Shown one piece after another: positions 1-8,300 of a stretch of 8,854 bases of DNA. The position numbers and the translations under genes are program-made. The notes under the pieces were generated by a model. It saw only the letters and a list, made by a program, of their open reading frames with translations. It was not told the origin of the DNA and did not search any database. The stretch's first letter is position 1, and the number at the start of each line of letters is the position of its first letter. The stretch comes from Azolla caroliniana (taxonomy: Eukaryota; Plantae; Polypodiophyta), in assembly GCA_043228905.1 (NCBI GenBank), contig JBHGNT010001412.1, positions 1 to 8,854 on the forward strand, read 5' to 3'.

Positions 1-52
1 CCTTTTATTTCAGCTCTCAATGCTTTGGAACAGTGCAATGCCATATCTGAAG
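1..52 (+). CDS. NOP56: NOP56 exon, partial (starts upstream of the window)
   Basis: Frame +1 reads [18 protein letters not shown], matching the plant NOP56 N-terminal motif PFxSALxALxQxNAxSEG. Donor GAAG|GTAAAT at 53, phase 1. Confidence 0.9.
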
Positions 53-3000
53 GTAAATCATTTCTATGGCGTTGGTCCATAGAACAATAGTTTACTATTC
101 CAATTTATTATCCGTAACTGCTTTATCCATCGTCCATGTTAACACAGTGGTTTATTGTTCCTTCATGTGTTGTTGTATAACTTGTCTTTTAACATTCAAG
201 GTCATCATCCATGGAAGCTTAGTTTCTTATTTCTTTTTCATTTCCAAATTATATGGAGGCCATTATCCAAAGAAGCATAATCTCTTGTTGTTCCTTTATT
301 TGTCGTCCAATTAGTTTCTTTTACCTTCTCCAAAGGCCATCATCCAAAGAAACATAGCACTTTCTCATTCTTTTCCATGGAAATTATTCGTTATCCATCA
401 TCCATGGAAGGATACTTGATTGTCGTTTCTTAGTTTATAACTAGCTCTTTCACCTTAACACTTCATTTTCATGAAGGATATACATCATAGTAGTTTATTT
501 AAATCTACTTGCATTATGCACCTCACACCATACTTGTATTATGTACCTAGTTCTTCCACAGTCTATGAAGGCCATCATCCTTAGAATTATAGTCGCTTAT
601 TATGGCTCCATTTGTAACTAGGTCTTTCACCTTCATTATTCAATTTCATGAAGGCAGTACATCATACATGGAAGCATAAATATTTGTCACAGCTTCATTG
701 TTGTAAGTAGTTTTTTCACCTTCATTATTCAATTTCATGAAGGTATTACATCATCTGTGGAGGCATAGTTCTTTCAATTTCATTTTCATGAAGACCGTCA
801 TTCATGGAACCATAGGACTTTGACACTCATTTTCATGAAGAACATCCATCATCCATGGAAGCATAGTTGTTTATCATGGCATCATTTATAGCTAGCTCCT
901 TACCGTCATACTTCATTTTCAGGAAGGTCATCCATCATAGTTGTTTATCATGTCTTCATTGGTTACTCATGCTTTCACCTTCATGCTTCAATTTCCTGAA
1001 AGTAATCCATCATCATCCATGCAAGCATGTTTAGCATAGCTTCTTTTATAACTAGTTCTTCCACATTCATAGTTCAATTTCATGAAGGTAAATCATCATC
1101 CATGGAGGCATTACTCTTTCACCTTCATGCAAGCTTCAATTTCCTGAAAGTAATCCATCATCATCCATGCAAGCATAGTTGTTTAGCATAGCTTCTCTTA
1201 TAACTAGTTCTTCCACATTCATAGTTCAATTTCATGAAGGTAAATCATCATCCATGGAAGCATTACTCTTTCACCTTCATACTTCATTTTCATGAAGTTC
1301 ATCCATAATCCATGGAACGCAGAGTATAGTATCCATTAGTATTTTGCTATATGGTGCACATATAGAAAGACTATGCATGAAAGTGATGGGTAAGTTTCTC
1401 CTTCTTCAGGGATATTGACCGAGGATTTATCCAATTTCTTGGAGCTCAACCTTCCCAAGGTGAAAGAAGGCAAGAAACCCAAGTTTTCACTGGGGGTTGC
1501 AGAACCAAAGCTAGGCTCTCAAATCTTAGAGTCCTTGAGGGTTCCATGTCAAAGCAATGAGTTCGTATCTGAATTGATAAGGGGAATCAGATTGCATTTT
1601 GCCAAGTTTGTCAAAGATCTTAAGGTATGAGAATGATTTTTGAATTCTGGTAAGATGGGGTCTTTTTCAGGACATAACACCAAGAGAGTTTGAAATTTCA
1701 CCATCATAACATTGTAGGAGGGGGATATTGAGAAGGCACAACTTGGGCTTGGCCATAGTTATAGCAGGGCAAAGGTGAAGTTTAATGTAAACCGAGTTGA
1801 TAACATGGTTATTCAAGCCATTGCATTACTTGACACACTTGACAAAGACATAAACACTTTTGGAATGAGAGTTAGGTAATGTCTTTCTTTACTCTTTATT
1901 GTGTTAACTACTCAAGGAAGTAGTTTTGACTCATTTTTCCTCTCCGTCTGTTGCTAATTTGAATTTTATTTCACCGATATCTATTCATTTTGTTGAGAAT
2001 ATTTAAAAATGGTTCTTTTAATTATGTGTTTAACCTCTCTCACTCTCATTCATTCACATATTATGTGCATAATAAATATGCAAGTGGTATACAAGCTATT
2101 GGAGAATCTCTTAGTGTTCTTTGATAGATTGACAGTTGTTGTCACATTAGTGCTGATACAAAAAAGGAGGGAAGCAGCAACAGCTGAGTGGGTCATAGTT
2201 ACACAAATAAGAGAACCCAAATCTACTCATATTATCCCAATTCTGGAACTGGTACTTGTTTTTATTCTTCCAGGAGCCCTATAATAGGTCTCTTGTCTTA
2301 ATTGTGGTGTGATCACTAACCCACATGAACATCTTGCCTTTTCAAAAAGAATATGAGGATGGGTTGAATCTTCACCCATCTATTTGAGTGAGAGTCTCGC
2401 TTAGTAACGAAGGAAAAAATAATGTTGGGGTCAATAATGAAAACTGTAAGTAACTGCTGATTGTAAACTCTTATTGAATTCTATTTCTTGCCACGTATTA
2501 AGTGTGCTTCAATTCTTATTCTAGCTTTCATTGCACAGAATCTGTTGCTATTATGTATGCGGCCTAAAACTAGTTGTACCATCATGCAATAATATCCCTT
2601 ATTAGGCACCTTCTAATTAACCATTCGTCCGTTTATTAATGTTGGCAGGGAATGGTATTCATGGCACTTTCCAGAGCTAGTGAAGATAGTCAATGATAAC
2701 TATATTTATGCGAAAACAATTAAGTTCGTGAAAGACAAGTCCAAACTTACGGATGAAGCATTGCCTGAGCTGATTGAGGTAGTTGGAGAAGAAGATAAAG
2801 CGAGGGAGATCATTGAGGCAGCAAAGTCCTCAATGGGTAAGACTATAATGCATTATCTAATTTAGTTTTCTTTTTCTTGCACCTTAACCAGCTTTTACTA
2901 TGCTCTTATTTTTAGGACAAGACATTTCCATCATCGATCTCATCAATATTGAAAACTTTGCCCAACGTGTGCTTGAACTGTCAGAGTACCGTAAGCAACT

Positions 3001-6000
3001 CCATGCATATTTAATATCTAAGATGCATGATATTGCACCAAATTTGGCTGCTCTTATTGGAGAAATGGTGGGGGCTCGACTAATCTCTCATGCTGGCAGC
3101 TTGGCTAATCTTGCCAAATGTCCAGCATCAACGGTTCAAATATTGGGTGCTGAGAAGGCTCTTTTCAGGTACTACTACTGCCATCATCTCTATTAGGCAT
3201 AAACTCCAGACCATCCTGAGTTTGTTTTTATGTCCCAAACTACCCTTAGAGTTGTTTGTTATTTTTCTCAAATGCTCTTTGATACCTGATAAATAGACCA
3301 TGTAATTACACAGAAACGCACGCATACTTAAGAAGAACTAGATTGTTTTACCATCTAACTCCTGGAATAGCACATATAATTGCTACGCCAAGGGAATTTG
3401 GGAAAATAACAGAAATTTAGGGGCATTTCAAGCAATAATAAAAATGCAGGCGTGTGCTGAAGGAGTTTTCTCCTTTTTCTTAATGATGTCATATGTTCTC
3501 CCAAAGGGGATATTTACTGATGGGTCTATTGTAGTTATTGATGCATTACATTTTTGAACCATTGAATAAATTGTATATGAAATATTATGGTAGGATAATG
3601 CTGTTAGGATGCAGTAGGTAGGTGAACATGAAATTTTAAGACTGGAAATAATAGAAACTCATCCAAAATGTTCACTCATAAAATGGTCTTCTAGTTCCTG
3701 CAAAAATGGAAATTTCTGTGTCGTTTTGATTTTTCCCTTTTTGTAACATCCAGTGTGAAAGTTGAGTCTAATTTTGCTCTTCAACTAAATTTTGCTTCAT
3801 TTAATATTTGGATTCCAAAGATGTGTGGGGATAATAATAATAATAACAACATAAAGAATATTATTCTCATGCCTCAATTTCCTCTTTTCTCTTGTATTTT
3901 AATAAAATATAGTTTGCAAGGATAAACATGATCAAAACTATCATTACATGTGTGTAATTTTATAATTACTGATAAAAGATGCTATTTCAAAGTAGTCTGT
4001 GTAATATTGTGTGAAAACAATTTGGTGAAACTTGGAAACTTGTAATATTCAAAACAGAATAGTAGTAACTTACAACTCTTGTTTCTTATCCTCTTGGCTT
4101 CGATTGAAATTTTTCATTTTCGTTCTATATTTTGTATAAAATTTCTTTTTAACTTGCTGAATTACTCCATTTTTCCCCTGGATTTTCTTCTATGGGAATC
4201 TGAGACCTCCTGATATTGATTAGGGTTACTATATTTCCATTAATGTATAATAATCAATGTATGAATATAGGTCCATGTAATTTTATGAAATAGCTAGAGA
4301 AAACAGTAGCTGTTTCCTTGTGATCATTTTGAAGGAAACCAAAATAAATTATCGTTTAGTTGCTTTAAACATATATTCTCTGGCTCACACACCAGTTACA
4401 TGCTGTGGTGCACATGAACCATAGTTGATAAAAAAACTCCCATTTCATTTATGGAATACATTTTAGAATACAAGGTGATTAACACGTATTCCATGTTTTA
4501 GAACTGCCATTTAAAACCGTTTCATGTATTCTATGTATTTTACAAGTATTTAACATTTTCAAAAAAATCAAAATACAATTTAAAATTTGGCCAAAAAACA
4601 ATAAAAATAGTAGAAGTCTTTTACGTATTCCACCTATTCTATGCCTATTCTATGTATTTTATTGTACTTCATCTTTAGAATACGTATTCTAAGTATTTTT
4701 TAAAAAGAGGTAGAATATGTAGCATAACTATTGTATGCCGATTGTATGTGAAGTATTTTACAAATATGACATGAAGTGCTCTTATTGGAGTATGCATGTT
4801 CGATTAATACAACTTCAGGTCCAATTATCAGGCACCATACCTGATTGCTGGTTTCATGATTACATTTCAAACCATTTTGCTGCTCACATTGACAAGTTAA
4901 CATATGCAGTTGTAATATTTGTGAGGCTATTAGGGCATTTTAGGGACGTTAATACATGTTCTTCTTTCTATGTCCATTGAAAGCTAGCAAGCGAACAACT
5001 GCTATTCTTTGATGTGATAGGATTTCATTTATTGTTTTAGTGCTTAACAGTTATATTCTCTCACAGAGCACTGAAAACAAAAGGCAATACACCCAAGTAT
5101 GGCCTTATCTTTCATTCATCGTTCATTGGAAAAGCATCTGCCCGTAACAAAGGTCGTATCTCTCGGTACCTTGCGAATAAATGCTCATTAGCATCACGAA
5201 TTGACTGTTTCTCAGGTTTGTTTTCCTCTGGTGGGCATATTATTATTCTTTTTTTATTGACGGTTTTTCAGTTTCCTGGATCAAAACTTCTTCACACCAT
5301 CAGTGTTTTGCTTGTGCAGAGCTGAACTCGAGTATATTTGGTGAAAAGCTCAAAGGACAAGTAGAGGAGAGGCTAGACTTTTATGACAAGGGCATCGCTC
5401 CCCGAAAAAATATGGATGTGATGAAGGAAGCAGTGAATGCAATGACAATTGAGGCTAATGCAGGAAAGGAGAGCACAAAGATTAATGAGGACTATGCTCC
5501 CGAGGGTGAGGATTCCGTCTTGCATGGTTAGTTACTCGAGGAATGACTCCTTGTATTGTTAGTTACTAAAAGATTGGTTTCTTGCATAGCTAGGTACTTC
5601 AGTGCATACTTACTTTAATTGCATTGTGAGTTACTTAGGAAACGTTGCTTGCATGGTTATTACTTCGGGAATGGTTCTTTCATGTTTTCTTTATTCAAAT
5701 TGAAGATGCCTCATAATCTGTCTGTACTTAGTGTGATGTTTTTGCAAAAAGGTAACGTTGGTTTTTACAGAGGTCTAATTCAACTGGAAAGTTAGGGATA
5801 TCTGTAACAAACAAAAGCATACTTATTACAGATGTCTGTACACTCTTTTTGCTAGTATCTATTTCAAGTGTACAAAGCTTATGCTATGTATTCTCATTGA
5901 GATCCCGTGTAATAATATTTCAATGATTGTGAAAGTTACATAATTAGAACCTTGCAGAAATATTACTGTGACGATATGAAGCTCCCTATTTTCATATCGC

Positions 6001-6377
6001 ATAATCCTCAAGTATTGTAATATTGTTTTGACAGTACATAGTCGGCCTCGTCCTGCCCCCGCCTGCCGGGCCCAAGAATCGCTCTGCAGCGAGGCTGCAG
6101 TAGCCATTGGTGGCTCCTACCGATGATGAAGATACCAGGCCAGAAGAAAAAGAAGAAGAAATATCAAGGTGCCGATGCTGATGCCGATATCCTACAGTTG
6201 GAGAGCAGCCCCAAAGAGAAGAAAAAGAAGAAACGAAAGGACATTGAGTCACCACAAACCATTCCAAAGACGAAAGAACAAATCGATGACGTGACCAAAG
6301 AGTTGTCAGAAATGGAATCAGCTGCAAAGAAGAAGAAGAAGAAAAAGAAGAAGGCTGAAGTAGTAGAAGAAGATTAA
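1..6377 (+). CDS. NOP56: Nucleolar protein 56 (box C/D snoRNP core protein), spliced gene, 5'-truncated by the window edge; at least 8 exons in the window
   Basis: The joined exons translate to recognisable plant NOP56: [46 protein letters not shown]...[28 protein letters not shown]...[10 protein letters not shown]...[24 protein letters not shown]...[32 protein letters not shown]...[20 protein letters not shown]...[19 protein letters not shown], followed by a K/E/D-rich tail. [19 protein letters not shown] and LANKCS..SRIDCF fit NOP56 rather than NOP58. All introns are GT-AG and phases are consistent through exon 7. Confidence 0.96.
120..1330. repeat. Degenerate minisatellite-like tandem array filling the first visible intron (about 17 units of roughly 45-90 bp)
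   Basis: The core (C/T)CATCATCCATGGAAGCATAGTT recurs near 126, 200, 258, 335, 394, 481, 570, 658, 748, 795, 844, 930, 1005, 1092, 1153, 1243 and 1301. Most later units are preceded by TTTCACCTTCAT..TTCA(A/T)TTTCATGAAGG. Confidence 0.9.
972..1267. repeat. Near-perfect higher-order tandem duplication inside the intronic array (144-bp and 152-bp copies)
   Basis: 972-1115 and 1116-1267 align almost exactly, differing by two 4-nt indels and about two substitutions. A third copy begins at 1268 (CTTTCACCTTCAT). Confidence 0.9.
1410..1624 (+). CDS. NOP56: NOP56 exon (N-terminal NOP5NT region)
   Basis: Acceptor cttcttcAG at 1408-1409. Reads (G)[25 protein letters not shown]...[10 protein letters not shown]. 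Donor AAG|GTATGA at 1625, phase 0. Confidence 0.95.
1718..1875 (+). CDS. NOP56: NOP56 exon (start of coiled-coil/NOSIC region)
   Basis: Acceptor ttgtAG at 1716-1717. Reads [52 protein letters not shown](R). Donor AG|GTAATG at 1876, phase 2. Not listed in the ORF track. Confidence 0.95.
2649..2836 (+). CDS. NOP56: NOP56 exon
   Basis: Acceptor ttggcAG at 2647-2648. Reads [20 protein letters not shown]...IIEAAKSSM(G). Donor ATGG|GTAAGA at 2837, phase 1. Confidence 0.95.
2916..3168 (+). CDS. NOP56: NOP56 exon (Nop domain)
   Basis: Acceptor ttttttAG at 2914-2915. Reads [18 protein letters not shown]...[45 protein letters not shown](R). Donor CAG|GTACTA at 3169, phase 2. Confidence 0.95.
4420..4732. 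mobile_element. Possible decayed non-autonomous DNA transposon (MITE/hAT-like) in the 1.9-kb intron
   Basis: Short imperfect inverted ends CATAGTTGAT (4420) and ATAACTATT (to 4732). More than ten GTATTC/GAATAC-type motifs occur in both orientations, with a perfect 18-bp palindrome at 4675-4692. No target-site duplication was found. Confidence 0.35.
5067..5215 (+). CDS. NOP56: NOP56 exon (Nop domain, RNA-binding)
   Basis: Acceptor ctctcacAG at 5065-5066. Reads [49 protein letters not shown]. Donor CAG|GTTTGT at 5216, phase 1. Confidence 0.95.
5320..5505 (+). CDS. NOP56: NOP56 exon (end of Nop domain plus linker)
   Basis: Acceptor cttgtgcAG at 5318-5319. Reads [39 protein letters not shown]...DYAPE. 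Donor GAGG|GTGAGG at 5506, phase 1. Read-through hits a stop soon after, and an alternative same-phase donor sits at 5527. Confidence 0.88.
5520..5680. repeat. Degenerate ~31-bp tandem repeat, 5 units, at the 5' end of the last NOP56 intron
   Basis: Units start at 5520, 5551, 5582, 5619 and 5649, with approximate consensus TTGCATGGTTAGTTACTTNGGAATGG. Confidence 0.8.
6035..6377 (+). CDS. NOP56: NOP56 terminal exon encoding the lysine-rich (KKE/D-type) tail; 5' boundary and frame unresolved
   Basis: ORF 6123-6377 encodes three poly-Lys blocks among acidic residues ([32 protein letters not shown]), typical of NOP56/58 tails. The best acceptor is ttttgacAG at 6033-6034, but with a phase-1 donor it reads [30 protein letters not shown] (stop 6124-6126). 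An in-frame but weak CAG lies at 6136-6138. Confidence 0.7.
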
Positions 6378-7832
6378 GTCTTTTTCTACAGATTTCAGGC
6401 ATGAAATGAAAAATCAGAGCATTACATATTTGATTGAATGGATATTTGACGCTCCAGAAATGAACACTAGACAGTTGAGCTCAAATTGGTGCTTTTTCTT
6501 CACTATGTCCATATTAGTGATCTTTTGGCTGCTTCAGATACTACTACTATTATTATTGTAATTTGCGTAAGGGTGAGGTTTCTGAGATATTTAAAAGGCC
6601 TCTTTAAATTCTTTCAGAGTTATGCAAGCTTGCGAAATAGTGAACAATGCCAATGTACAAATTGATGCATACTTTTTACATAAGTTGCTCATCCTATGTA
6701 AATATATCCCATTTGTGTCTTGGCTTTATGTATATTCGCATGCCTTTTATGTTATGGACATTTTTGGCAGATATCTCTATTAAATTGTGTAATTATGCAT
6801 TCCCAAGTTGATAAGGTTTACCATAATGGTTTAACTGACCTTTAAAATATGTTGTTTTCGTTCAAGCTTGACGTTGTTTATGGTATCCTTACCAGATCAA
6901 CACGTGTGTAAATTACAAAGTATTGCTTACTCTCAACTTTAGGTCCTGACCCTTGAGTGGAGTGAAATAGAATAATGACCAAGTAAAACACAAATAAAAT
7001 TATCAACACAATACATTGATACTCTTCTCTTTTAAATTTGATTTAAGAAATTTCCCAATCCACAACATTTTTTACTTATTTTGTAAGAAGCAAACTTGAG
7101 AGGACTCTATTTGTTTATTCAAAGTATTTAGCCAAGGATTCACATAATCCTTGTTTTATTGCTTCATTGGTAATCACTCTTGCTAGTTTCTACTTCTTCC
7201 ATTATGTAAGCCACTTCGATTGGATTAGTCCCTCAACAAAATTTAATACATGCATTGTCCCTAATCAAAAGGACACGGCTTATGTTGTGGAAAATCTCCT
7301 CATGGGGTGGTTGATAGCTATTTAAATTGTCCACACGGGGTGTTTGTTTTATAAATAGAGCTTCCCAATTGGTGCACTTGCCCTTTCTGGTTTGTTATTC
7401 GTAAGAGTTCAAGTCACTTTTTGGATGAGCCTTTCCATATATGATGTCACACATATATCATAAAGAATCGGTGTTGCTATTTTCTATACAAGTTTGCAGA
7501 ATATGCAAAGGTCACGTTAGGATTTTTAAGTTGCAATATGTGATAGAGAATTGTGGAGGCCCACACCACACATTATGCTACATATGTTGCACCTAACTAT
7601 AAAACCATATTTTTCATGGAACATGGAAACCGTACACATCAATACACGTTAAATCCCATCCTGTTGTCTGCCATTCGAATCGTTGCTACTGTGTGATTTA
7701 GCTAACATGCATTGCGATGTGAGACTTGGCGTTGGGCCACAAAGTGATGAGAGTGGTTGACTATGCACACTTTGCCCTAACACAAGTTCGAGAGTCTGAG
7801 TATCACACACTTTGATACAATGCTTTCTCTGG

Positions 7833-8080
7833 CTTTGATAATATATTCATCCATGCGTTCAACACATATATTTTGATCAAATGCCCAAATCCTGGCACGA
7901 ATTTTCTATCACAGCCACAATGCGCACTGTCGATTGCAACATTCATTCACAAAGTTCTTTGATCATATATTTGACCATGCTTTCCACATATATTCAAGCA
8001 AAAGTCCAAATCCTTGCACAAATTTCTCTCACAACCACAATGCGCACTCTCGAGTGGCAGCGTTTTCACCGGTAAAGTTA
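7833..8080. repeat. Diverged two-copy tandem duplication, period about 120-124 bp, intergenic
   Basis: The motif series CTTTGAT.ATATATT...CCATGC...CACATATATT...CCAAATCCT.GCAC.AATTT...CCACAATGCGCACT.TCGA occurs from 7833 and again from 7957. CACAATGCGCACT is exact at 7916 and 8036. Confidence 0.85.
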
Positions 8081-8187
8081 TGGAACATCGAGAGTAAGCA
8101 CTACTCACTTTCACATGTATCACGAGAAATGTAATGTCTTTAGTATGATACATAGGTCATAGTTGACCTCTGAAGACGATAATACAA

Positions 8188-8208
8188 TCTCTCTCTCTCT
8201 CTCTCTCT
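8188..8208. repeat. (TC)10 microsatellite
   Basis: Directly visible dinucleotide run. Confidence 0.95.
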
Positions 8209-8263
8209 TGTTTGGTCTTCTAGGCCATTTTGGCCGTGTAAAAGGCGTTAATATATCTTTCTT

Positions 8264-8298
<35 letters not shown>
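8264..8298. repeat. Compound microsatellite (TC)10(AC)7
   Basis: Directly visible TC run abutting an AC run. Confidence 0.95.
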
Positions 8299-8300
8299 GA

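Noticed and set aside
66-314. 82-aa ORF, and likewise ORFs 2009-2284, 3090-3296, 3128-3325, 4700-4903 and 4735-4980
   Set aside because: They are intronic or alternate-frame overlaps of NOP56 exons, with AT-driven composition and no recognisable motifs.
1070-1105. Hammerhead or retrozyme-like core on the minus strand of the repeat (ATGATGA-N11-GAAA)
   Set aside because: The required CUGAUGA has A in place of C, and the intervening bases cannot form stem II.
120-1330. CRISPR-like repeat/spacer appearance
   Set aside because: Eukaryotic intron, degenerate repeats, the inter-repeat sequences are homologous to each other, and there are no cas genes.
1650-1670. Cryptic donor GTAAGA and acceptor TTTTTCAG inside the 93-nt intron 1625-1717
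   Set aside because: The resulting introns would be very short, and the extended exon hits a stop. The acceptor at 1717 gives the expected NOP56 alignment.
3440-3525. Possible intronic C/D snoRNA (CTGA 3457, ATGATGT 3483, CTGA 3517), prompted by animal NOP56 hosting snoRNAs
   Set aside because: No proper upstream box C, no terminal stem, and no recognisable guide sequence.
6045-6100. Resemblance of TGCCGGGCCCAAG to the twister ribozyme core
   Set aside because: The conserved UAA cleavage-site motif and the pseudoknot partners are missing.
6123-6181. ATGATGA...CTGA box C/D-like pair in the terminal exon
   Set aside because: Flanks are not complementary, the interior is purine-rich coding sequence, and codon content explains the motifs.
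5859-6402. Minus-strand ORFs of 82 and 136 aa
   Set aside because: Antisense shadows of the GC patch and the AAG-rich tail, giving S/L/F-rich low-complexity sequence.
7744-7799. Box C/D snoRNA-like pair GTGATGA (7744) and CTGA (7796)
   Set aside because: No terminal stem in the right register, no clear C'/D' pair, and I recognise no rRNA or snRNA complementarity. A snoscan or Rfam hit would reverse this.
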